Shown: positions 39,084-47,398 of the stretch, in pieces
Layout of the letters: every line of letters begins with the position of its first letter
Position numbering within the stretch: position 1 is the stretch's first letter
Source: Candidatus Bathyarchaeia archaeon
GTDB lineage: Archaea > Thermoproteota > Bathyarchaeia > Bathyarchaeales > Bathycorpusculaceae
Direction of reading: 5' to 3'
DNA length: 64,000 nucleotides
NCBI GenBank assembly: GCA_050010515.1
Contig: JBEKKX010000012.1
Location: 1-64,000 of the forward strand
Notes under the pieces: model-generated
What the model saw: only the letters and a program-made list of their open reading frames with translations
Told to the model about the DNA's origin: nothing
Database searches by the model: none
Translations under genes and position numbers: made by a program

Positions 39084-39677
39084 ATGAACGATGAAAACAC
39101 GAAGGTAAAAAATTCGAGTGTCTATAATGTAATTGAGATTCTGTTGGGGTTAGCAGTATTAACATCGGTTATGTTAGATTTATTTGATTTTAGGCTTTTC
39201 ATTGCAATATTTGGTACATTTGGTCTAACTTTTATGTTATTTGGAACAGCACTGCTAGCAATGGGGGTTCTCAGGTTGGGAAGTACTTTTTTGTGTGGAT
39301 TTTCAAGTTTAACAAAAAAAGTCAACGCCATAACAAGTGTTTTAACTATAATGGCAGCAGTCATAATCCTGTTTTTTATAATGATTGCCACGGGAACACT
39401 TTGGCTTCGTTTTTTGTTTGGCATTGGATTATTAAGCTACGGGTTCGCGCGAATCACCGTTGGAATACTATCAAGTGAGTTTAATTCTGGCTTAAGAACT
39501 CTTATTACTCTGCTAGGCATAGTCATCGTAGTTTTCTCGATGATCATATTTGCATTTCCATTCGTCCGTATCCACTCTAACGTTTATTTGACTTACGGCT
39601 ATTTTGTAAATATGACATTCATCTGGATAGGAATAGACTGTTTAGCATCTGCAATCGCAGGTATACTTTTAATATAA
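39084..39677 (+). CDS. Multi-TM membrane protein (HdeD/DUF308-like)
   Basis: About six hydrophobic helices with repeated GIGLL..G..RI..G pattern. Confidence 0.75.
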   Translation: MNDENTKVKNSSVYNVIEILLGLAVLTSVMLDLFDFRLFIAIFGTFGLTFMLFGTALLAMGVLRLGSTFLCGFSSLTKKVNAITSVLTIMAAVIILFFIMIATGTLWLRFLFGIGLLSYGFARITVGILSSEFNSGLRTLITLLGIVIVVFSMIIFAFPFVRIHSNVYLTYGYFVNMTFIWIGIDCLASAIAGILLI

Positions 39678-39770
39678 ATATAATCTGTAAAATTCATGCT
39701 TTTTAAAATTACAGAGGCAAATTAAAATATACAGAAGCGGTATTGTCCTATTTTCAGGTAGTAATGATTC

Positions 39771-40673
39771 ATGGGCAAGCTTGAATGTAGCGGGTTGACA
39801 AAGGTTTACGAGGACCATAGAAAAGCTCTTGAAAACGTCACCTTTACAGTGGACACTAACGGTATTTTCGGTTTAATCGGCAGAAATGGCGCTGGAAAAA
39901 CAACTCTTATCAGAATCCTTGCCACGGAGCTTCAACCTACCTCTGGAAGCGCAAGCATTAACGGTTTTGACGTAATAACGCAGGAAAGCAAGTTAAGGGA
40001 GAAAATTGCGATTGTCCCGCAGGAAGCGAGAACGATAAGGTGGATGACATCCAAGCAAACTGTTTTTTCATATCTTCTTTGGCGAGGCTACGGCTACAAT
40101 GACGCTAAGAGGCTTGCTGATGAGTCGCTTGCAAAGCTTGGTTTAGAACAGTACGCTAATGTATTGACTAGCCGCCTCTCAGGTGGCACAAAAAGAAAGG
40201 TTCTCCTCGCTACTGTAACCGCCTCAGAAGCAGACGTTATTTTTCTTGATGAACCCACAACTGGCTTGGACCCAATCTCAAGGCGAGAGCTATGGGAAAT
40301 TCTCAGAGTGCTTGGAAAAGAACGGTTTATTTTTCTTACAACTCATTATCTTGAAGAGGCAGAGCAACTTGCAGATAAGATCGGAATTCTTAAAGATGGA
40401 AAATTAGTTTCATTTGGCACTCTTTCAGAGCTTAGAAAAACCGCAAGATATCAGTACAGTATCAAACTGCCGCCTAAAGTGCAGATTCCACAGTTGAAAG
40501 ATGGCGAAGTAACCACAGACAAAAGCGGGGTCACACAGGTAATGACCAATGAAGATGAAGCCTTCGGTTTAGCCAGAGCGTTCGCTGAGCAAGGAGTAAA
40601 GTTCTCTATTACTCCGGTCACTTTGGATGATATTTTCTTCTACCTTGTTGGACAAAAAGCGAGGGACGAATAA
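39771..40673 (+). CDS. ABC-2 type ATP-binding protein
   Basis: GRNGAGKTT, LSGGTKRK, FLDEPTTGLDP, TTHYLEEAE. Confidence 0.95.
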   Translation: MGKLECSGLTKVYEDHRKALENVTFTVDTNGIFGLIGRNGAGKTTLIRILATELQPTSGSASINGFDVITQESKLREKIAIVPQEARTIRWMTSKQTVFSYLLWRGYGYNDAKRLADESLAKLGLEQYANVLTSRLSGGTKRKVLLATVTASEADVIFLDEPTTGLDPISRRELWEILRVLGKERFIFLTTHYLEEAEQLADKIGILKDGKLVSFGTLSELRKTARYQYSIKLPPKVQIPQLKDGEVTTDKSGVTQVMTNEDEAFGLARAFAEQGVKFSITPVTLDDIFFYLVGQKARDE

Positions 40674-41417
40674 CTGAAGCGCAGTAAACTTAGCCAAATT
40701 CTAGCAGGAGTTCTGGTGAATGCCGTTTATGAAATGATAAACTACCCTATCGTTTTGCTAAGTGCCGTTATCGCCCCGTTTTCGATTCTGATTGTAATTA
40801 CCTTCATATCCCATGGCAGTCTTTTTGGAACCGCAATTGAAGGCGGATTGATAATGACTTTCTTTTCAAGCGGAATTGCTCTCCAATCAGACCTTTCGCA
40901 CTTAAAAAATGACTTCAAGCTTCAAGATATGATTGTAAGCTCGCCGACAAGTGCACGCCTATACATGGGAGGAATGACTCTTGCGGAAATAGTTTACTCA
41001 ATCCCTTCTTTAGCTATTCTTATTGCGCTCGCCGGAATCTATTTACAACATTCGTTTCTTCAAATAGCAATCTTATCCATTGCACTATTGCTGATGTTCG
41101 CCATCTCAGTAGCTTTAGGGTTCATGCTATCCACTTTCTCAAATGATGTAGTTCAAAGCTATGCTTTCTCCAGGCTTCTTTCACTATTGTTTACTACGTT
41201 GCCGCCAGTATATTATCCGATAACCTATGTTCCTGCGGCATACAAATACATCGCTTACCTTTCGCCGACAACATATGTAGCGGAAATTATGCAGTCAGCA
41301 ACAGGCTACCTCAAAATTCCAGTCAGCCTGTTAATTTTTGATTGGGTAGTCCTTTCGGTGGTGTGTGCCATAATCTTGTTTGTTGCCTATAAGAAGACAA
41401 GATGGAAAGATGTTTAG
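40674..41417 (+). CDS. ABC-2 type permease (probable CTG start at 40674; GTG 40716 alternative)
   Basis: Six TMs, PPVYYP, LSPTTY; frame is open from CTG immediately after the ATPase stop. Confidence 0.88.
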   Translation: MKRSKLSQILAGVLVNAVYEMINYPIVLLSAVIAPFSILIVITFISHGSLFGTAIEGGLIMTFFSSGIALQSDLSHLKNDFKLQDMIVSSPTSARLYMGGMTLAEIVYSIPSLAILIALAGIYLQHSFLQIAILSIALLLMFAISVALGFMLSTFSNDVVQSYAFSRLLSLLFTTLPPVYYPITYVPAAYKYIAYLSPTTYVAEIMQSATGYLKIPVSLLIFDWVVLSVVCAIILFVAYKKTRWKDV

Positions 41418-41585
41418 GAGCTTAGTATTTTTCTCCTACGCCCGAGCCATAAAAAAGCCCCAAAACAACCACCAGCAACCACCACAAAACACAACTCAAC
41501 AAACCATAAAAGTCGCAACTTGCGCCATCCCCAAAGTCGCAACTTAAAAATTCAGCAAAACCAACCCAAAAAAACAATTTAGAAC

Positions 41586-41837
41586 TTAGTATTTTTTTCC
41601 TAAACAAAGCTTCTTTTGAATATCTAAAACCTCAATTTCATTATCAGCTAAAATGTTTAGCCACAGGTCAAATTCGGCTTTCGAGATTTCTTTTTGGATA
41701 ACGCCTTTTTGGTCTCCAGAGAAAAATCTTGATGGTTCAGAAGAAAACAGTTTTACGTAAAAGATTCGGTCTGCGATTACCAGTTTGGAGGAACAGCCTG
41801 ATCTTTCAGCCACAATGTAATCAATTTCGAAACCCAT
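41586..41837 (-). CDS. Small hypothetical protein
   Basis: 83-aa ORF with ATG start and globular composition. Confidence 0.65.
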   Translation of the reverse strand: MGFEIDYIVAERSGCSSKLVIADRIFYVKLFSSEPSRFFSGDQKGVIQKEISKAEFDLWLNILADNEIEVLDIQKKLCLGKKY

Positions 41838-41997
41838 TACTTGAGCCCTTCTTTAGAAGCGTTGATTTATGTTTACTTAAATTTTCTCTTTTGCAGAGGT
41901 GTTTTGTTGCTTCTTTATGTAACCACAAATTTAAAACAATAATCTATCTTGGCTGTGAATAACTTTCTGCCTAAACTTTTTCTTTTGCGAAATAATT

Positions 41998-43617
41998 CTA
42001 ACCTTTAGGAAGGATGCCTATTTCTTCTTTTTTGTTACTTGGTTTTCTGCGTTCCCAAAGAATGTATCCTGCCGCCAAAGCTATCGTTATTGTGGCTGCG
42101 ACTCCTACAACCGTGACTGTTGGAAAAGGCGCTATGTTAAAGTAAACCGTTTTTGAACCTGTATTACCTACTTCATCAGTAGCGTAAATGGTTAAACGGT
42201 GTGAACCATTAGATAACGCTGGTAAAGTTACGTTTCCGATTATAGTTACATTTTGTTGTCCATCTAAACTGTAAGCTAACCATGTGACTGTCTTATTCAC
42301 TGTGAAAGTTAGTTGGGTGTCTGTGGATCCATAAGATTGGTTTTGAGGAAGTATTATCACAATTTTTGGAGGAATTATATCTATAGAAAAGAAAACTCTG
42401 TTAGAATAACCCATGTTGCCGAGGCTGTCGTTGGCGTAGAGTATTATGTTGTGTGCCCCTTGAGATAAGTTAAGTAATTCTGTTTCTCCCATTATGGTTA
42501 CGTTTGCTCGGTTATCTAAACTGTAACCCATCCATTCGGTGTCTCTGTTAACAGTAAAATTTAAGGTTACTTTCTTGTAAGTTTCGTTTTCAGGAGAGGT
42601 AATCTGAATTATCGGTGGAGCAGTTCCATAACCAATAGGCGTGTACTCCTCAACTGTGTTTAGCCCAACTGTGTTTAGCCCGTTTTGGTCATCAAATCCG
42701 CCAATTGCGTATAAAACGTCGTTTACAACAGCAACGCCCAAGTATGCCCGAGCTGTAGGCATCGAAACGCCAGTACTCCAAGAGTTGTTGCTTGGATTAT
42801 AAACTTGAACATTACTGCTGAAAGAATTCAAAAAATATCCACCGATAACATATAGCAATGGAGGAGCCATGAAGCCTTCAGTTGCCGCAGCAGCCCCATA
42901 AGCAACTGCAGAAGGCAAGTTTGCACCTAAACTCCACGTATCATTTTGAGGATCGTATACTTGGTTTGAATTAACATAAATGCTGCTTCCTTGTAAGCTT
43001 GAAACCTGTGAACCGCCAATAATATGAATTTTGCCATCTATCACGGTTGATGCGTAACCATAAACAGCCGTTGGAATTGGTGTTCCTGTAGTCCATGTGT
43101 TGGTAGCTGGATTATAAATCTCGTTCACATTAGTTTCACTATAATAAGGGCTTATGCTTGAATATCCTTCGCCGCCGATTAAGTAGATTTTACCGTTCAC
43201 TACACTTGCGCTTAAGTCAGCTCTAGGTGTAGGCATCGAAGCTTTTGTTTCCCAAGTATTCGTTCCAGGGTCGTATACTTCGTTGTTTCCAACATACCCG
43301 TTGCCGACTGCTCCGCCTATAACGTATATTTCGTTATCGTAAACCGCGATGGTGCAACCGCTTCTAGCTGTTGGCATAGGCGCTTCAGTTGTCCACTCGT
43401 TTGTGCCGGGGTCATACATTTCGTTAACGTTAACTGGTGAACCGTCACTCAAGCCTCCGATAGCATAGATTTTTCCGTTTACAGTTGCAACGTCGAGTCC
43501 ACCTCGCGCTGTTGGCATGGGCGTCATTGTGGTCCATGAAGATTGGTCTTCGGTTACTTGGGCTTTGGCGCTAAAAAAATTGAACGCTGGTAAAACTATT
43601 GTTACAATAATAAGCAT
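41998..43617 (-). CDS. Kelch-repeat surface protein with two Ig-like stalk domains and TM anchor
   Basis: Six W…PMPTAR…IYAIGG repeats; YSLD.(Q/R).NVTI…G.H….YA.D..GN.G domains; C-terminal TM. Confidence 0.92.
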   Translation of the reverse strand: MLIIVTIVLPAFNFFSAKAQVTEDQSSWTTMTPMPTARGGLDVATVNGKIYAIGGLSDGSPVNVNEMYDPGTNEWTTEAPMPTARSGCTIAVYDNEIYVIGGAVGNGYVGNNEVYDPGTNTWETKASMPTPRADLSASVVNGKIYLIGGEGYSSISPYYSETNVNEIYNPATNTWTTGTPIPTAVYGYASTVIDGKIHIIGGSQVSSLQGSSIYVNSNQVYDPQNDTWSLGANLPSAVAYGAAAATEGFMAPPLLYVIGGYFLNSFSSNVQVYNPSNNSWSTGVSMPTARAYLGVAVVNDVLYAIGGFDDQNGLNTVGLNTVEEYTPIGYGTAPPIIQITSPENETYKKVTLNFTVNRDTEWMGYSLDNRANVTIMGETELLNLSQGAHNIILYANDSLGNMGYSNRVFFSIDIIPPKIVIILPQNQSYGSTDTQLTFTVNKTVTWLAYSLDGQQNVTIIGNVTLPALSNGSHRLTIYATDEVGNTGSKTVYFNIAPFPTVTVVGVAATITIALAAGYILWERRKPSNKKEEIGILPKG

Positions 43618-43835
43618 GGCTATTAGAATTTGAATATGCTTATTTATTGATGAACCCCCACATCCTCTTTAGGTATTAAATGCACTTTACCTTTATATTG
43701 TTTAAAGGAGTCGGTGAAAAAAGCAATCTGACATTTGAAAGCTTAAGTAAAGTACAGGTCAATTGCGTTAATGTTTTGGGTTTGGGGAAAAGCTTAATGG
43801 TTGTTTTAAGAATTATCTTTTTGAGATGATAATTT

Positions 43836-44288
43836 ATGGTGATTAGGAATATTTTAGTGGGCGTTGATGGATCTGAAAATTCTGATAGAGCATTAGATTT
43901 CGCTTTAGATTTAGCTGAAAAATTTAATGCGTCTATCATGATTTTGAATGTTTCCGAGTCGCTGGCAATGGGTGCAGTTCCTGAAGAATCCATTGCTTAT
44001 TCAGGTGGCAATACGGCTGCATTTGGTAAGGATTTAAGGGAGATTCATGACGAAATTTTAAGCAGAAGTGTTGCTCGTGCGAAAGCAGTTAAGCCTAACT
44101 TGTCCGTTTCGTCGATGTTAAAGGAAGGGGATCCTGCCCTTGAAATTGTTAATACTGCTAAGGAGGGCGGTTTCGACGTTATTGTTGTTGGACATAGAGG
44201 GTTAAGTAAGATGAAAGAACTTTTTTTGGGCAGTATAAGCGAGAAAGTGGCACATTTGACACCTTGCCCAGTAATAATAGTAAGATAA
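43836..44288 (+). CDS. Universal stress protein
   Basis: ILVGVDGSENS, GDPA, VVGHRG, LGSISEKV…CPVIIV. Confidence 0.95.
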   Translation: MVIRNILVGVDGSENSDRALDFALDLAEKFNASIMILNVSESLAMGAVPEESIAYSGGNTAAFGKDLREIHDEILSRSVARAKAVKPNLSVSSMLKEGDPALEIVNTAKEGGFDVIVVGHRGLSKMKELFLGSISEKVAHLTPCPVIIVR

Positions 44289-44556
44289 ATCACATTTTTC
44301 TTACTTTAACTCGGTTCCTGAAGAAGCTGGCTTAAATCTTAAGTACTGCAGAAAGAGAAAGCTTATAGAGCTAACACCCACACCGTAATAGTTCCATTGT
44401 TACTCGTAGTATTTTGCTCAGCTTTGTTTCTTTTTCTTCTCTCTATCTCTAATTATCCTAAGTTTTATATTACCGAGACACTATGAAACATGTTGAAATT
44501 AAAGTAGGTTCAATTTAAAAGGGGAATAAGTTATTCAATTAAGAAAAATTCTGGCA

Positions 44557-44994
44557 TTGGTTCTGATCGTATTTATTGTTGCTGGCAGTACAGGCGCTGT
44601 TGTGATTTTGAGCAAAAAAAATCCTTCTCCGCCTCCCATAGCACATACGATTCAGATAGTGAATAGGACAGCTAACGTAAACGCTAGTACGTATGTAGAT
44701 TACCAGTTCATTATTCCGCCAAATGCATCAAGCATTCATGTATCAGGAACGTTTACGGTACAAGGTGGTAGTGGCAGCGGCATTATAGTTTACATTTTTG
44801 ACAGCAGCAACTTTGAAGATTATGCGACTGGCAGTTACTTCGGTGCGCTTTACCAAAGTGGACAAACCACAACCGCTTTAATTAGTTCCAACCTTGACTC
44901 AAATGGAACTTACTTTCTTGTGTTTGACAATACATTATCTACGATTACTCAAACCGTGAATATACAAGCGAATGCTACCTACTTTATGCCGTAA
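44557..44994 (+). CDS. Membrane-anchored secreted beta-sandwich protein
   Basis: N-terminal TM, Pro linker, GTYFLVFDN motif. Confidence 0.75.
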   Translation: MVLIVFIVAGSTGAVVILSKKNPSPPPIAHTIQIVNRTANVNASTYVDYQFIIPPNASSIHVSGTFTVQGGSGSGIIVYIFDSSNFEDYATGSYFGALYQSGQTTTALISSNLDSNGTYFLVFDNTLSTITQTVNIQANATYFMP

Positions 44995-45146
44995 AGAGAA
45001 GGGGGCTGATCAAAATTTTCGATCTAAAAAGGAGAATATTTTAAAAGTTTCTTTTTATTCTGCGAAGCACATTAAAGGTTAGAATAGCTCTATTAAAATT
45101 GAAAAGAGTGTACATCAATTATGTATCAAACAGTAGGTAATTACCC

Positions 45147-46058
45147 ATGATAGCTATAATTGGCGCCGGCAAAGTAGGAAGCGCGGCTGCCTTCGACATT
45201 CTCCGCTACAAAATAAGCGGCGTAGTCCTGATTGACGCTAACGAAAACCAAGCAAAAGGCGAAGCCCTAGACATGATGCAGGCGGCACCAGCAATCGAAT
45301 TTGACGGCAAAATCCACGGAACCAGCAACTATGCGGAAATGCAAGGGTCGGAGCTTGTGATTGTGACAGCTGGGTTTGGCAGAAGGCCTGACATGACTCG
45401 CATTGATCTGATGAATACTAATGCACAAATCATTAGATCCATCGTAAAAGAGGTTGTCAAGTATGCTTCTGACTGCAAGCTTATGATTGTTACAAACCCT
45501 GTTGACATAATGACTTACGTTGCATTCAAAGAATCAGGTTTTCCACGCAGCCGCTTATTCGGCATGGGCAATATCCTTGATACAATACGCTTTAGAACAT
45601 ACATTGCTAGTGAATTGGATGTTTCAAGAGAAGATACTAGCGCTTTAGTGATCGGTGAACATGGCGATTCAATGGTTCCACTGGTTGAATACGCCTCTGT
45701 ATCAGGTATTCCCATAACAAACTTTCTAACAAAAGAGCAGATCGAAAAAATAATTCATTTAACAGTAACATCAGGTTCTGACGTTATCAAACTCAAAGGC
45801 TCAACAATCTATGCTCCTGGCGCCGTAATTGCCATTACAGCTGACGCAATTCTAACGGGAAGAAATCGAGTTATGAGCGTGTCCACATGCCTTGATGGTG
45901 AATATGGTTTCTCAGACGTTTCAATTGGTGTGCCCGTTGTTCTTGGGAAAAGCGGGGTTGAAAAGATAATTGAGCTTGAATTGTCTAATCAGACAAAAGA
46001 TCGCTTTGCTAAGTCAGTTGCCGTGGTTAAAGAAGCGATAGCAGCGTTGAAGAGCTAA
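45147..46058 (+). CDS. mdh: LDH-like malate dehydrogenase
   Basis: IIGAGKVG, GEALD, RRPDMTRIDL (substrate Arg), VTNPVD, GEHGD. Confidence 0.93.
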   Translation: MIAIIGAGKVGSAAAFDILRYKISGVVLIDANENQAKGEALDMMQAAPAIEFDGKIHGTSNYAEMQGSELVIVTAGFGRRPDMTRIDLMNTNAQIIRSIVKEVVKYASDCKLMIVTNPVDIMTYVAFKESGFPRSRLFGMGNILDTIRFRTYIASELDVSREDTSALVIGEHGDSMVPLVEYASVSGIPITNFLTKEQIEKIIHLTVTSGSDVIKLKGSTIYAPGAVIAITADAILTGRNRVMSVSTCLDGEYGFSDVSIGVPVVLGKSGVEKIIELELSNQTKDRFAKSVAVVKEAIAALKS

Positions 46059-46091
46059 TGCTAACTCCCAGTTAAGTTCTAAAAACAGTGT

Positions 46092-46292
46092 TTAGCTATG
46101 GATTTGCTTGGCACGTGCGCAGTAAAAGTTTCCATTGACTTTTGTGAATGCTGGGCATTTGCCATCATAACAGTGTTTCAGCCATTGGCATGGTGACCTA
46201 ACTTCATATACTCGGGGCATATATCCTTGTGAATTAAAAATTTCTTTGGTTTTTTCTCGTTTAGAAACTTTTTCCAAAATTGCTTCCATCAA
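46092..46292 (-). CDS. Small Cys-rich hypothetical protein
   Basis: C…C….C…C pattern; GAAGGA upstream. Confidence 0.55.
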   Translation of the reverse strand: MMEAILEKVSKREKTKEIFNSQGYMPRVYEVRSPCQWLKHCYDGKCPAFTKVNGNFYCARAKQIHS

Positions 46293-46473
46293 GATTCCTT
46301 CAAAATTTCTAAGTTAAATTATTATTGCTTTATTCTCGTTATTAAAAATGTGTGGCAGTCGCTAGGCAACAACAAAAGCATATAAGCACTAATATGCAAA
46401 GAAAAAAAGTTACCGCTGAGCATACAAAGTGTTATTTAGCAGTTAACGGCTTCTTGTTTTTAGGTGCCTTAAA

Positions 46474-47394
46474 ATGGAGTTTCAAGGAAGAGATATTATA
46501 TCCATTGAAGATTTTTCTCGCCAAGAAATCGACTACATCCTTGATGTCAGCCGATCCATGGAGCCCCTCGCCTCAAAAGGTTCAGATATGCTTAAGGGAA
46601 AAATCCTTGCAACACTGTTTTTTGAGCCTAGCACTCGTACGCGTTTAAGCTTTGAAACAGCAATGCTAAAACTAGGCGGGTCCAACATTGGCTTTGCGGA
46701 TGCTGAAATTGCATCGGTCAAGAAAGGCGAAAACTTGGCGGATACTATTCGCACTGTCGAGAACTATGCTGATGCAATAGCGCTTAGGCACAGTTTGGAA
46801 GGTGCTGCTAAATTGGCTGCGGAGTTTTCTAAGGTTCCAATAATAAACGGTGGCACCGGCGCAGAGGAGCATCCGACGCAAGCGTTCATTGACTTATATA
46901 CTATGCGCAAAGAAAAAGGCAAGATAGACGGGTTAAAAGTAGCCGTAATCGGTGATTTACGGTATGGACGCACTGTTCACTCGCTTGCCTACGCACTTGC
47001 ACTCTACAACATAGATCTCTACCTTGTCTCCCCTGAAACACTCCGCATGCGAAAAGACGTGCTCCAAACAATAAAAAACACGATTCCAGTAACTGAAGAC
47101 GCCAACTTGGAAACCATAATGCCGCAAATTGACGTCTTATATGTCACCCGCATTCAGAAGGAACGTTTTCCAGACGCAGCGGAGTACGCCAAAGTTAAAG
47201 GTACCTATAGAATTGACTTGAAAACTTTGAAAAATGCAAAGAAAGACATGATAATTCTGCATCCGCTTCCGCGTGTGGATGAAATTGCCGCTGAAGTTGA
47301 CAGTACTCCGCAGGCGCGTTATTTCCAGCAGGTCTGGAACGGCATTGTAGTACGAATGGCGCTTCTGTCGCTTGTGCTTGGCGCCGTCAAATAA
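46474..47394 (+). CDS. pyrB: Aspartate carbamoyltransferase catalytic subunit
   Basis: FFEPSTRTRLSFE, HPTQ, GDLRYGRT, TRIQKERF, HPLPR. Confidence 0.97.
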   Translation: MEFQGRDIISIEDFSRQEIDYILDVSRSMEPLASKGSDMLKGKILATLFFEPSTRTRLSFETAMLKLGGSNIGFADAEIASVKKGENLADTIRTVENYADAIALRHSLEGAAKLAAEFSKVPIINGGTGAEEHPTQAFIDLYTMRKEKGKIDGLKVAVIGDLRYGRTVHSLAYALALYNIDLYLVSPETLRMRKDVLQTIKNTIPVTEDANLETIMPQIDVLYVTRIQKERFPDAAEYAKVKGTYRIDLKTLKNAKKDMIILHPLPRVDEIAAEVDSTPQARYFQQVWNGIVVRMALLSLVLGAVK

Positions 47395-47398
47395 GCTT

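Noticed and set aside
41422-41607. 61-aa ORF ending GEKY, like its neighbour ending GKKY
   Set aside because: Low-complexity A/C-rich spacer; similarity is limited to about 17 nt at the stop, not enough to call a duplicate gene
46474-47394. pyrB without adjacent pyrI as a novelty
   Set aside because: pyrI may lie elsewhere; cannot be judged from this window
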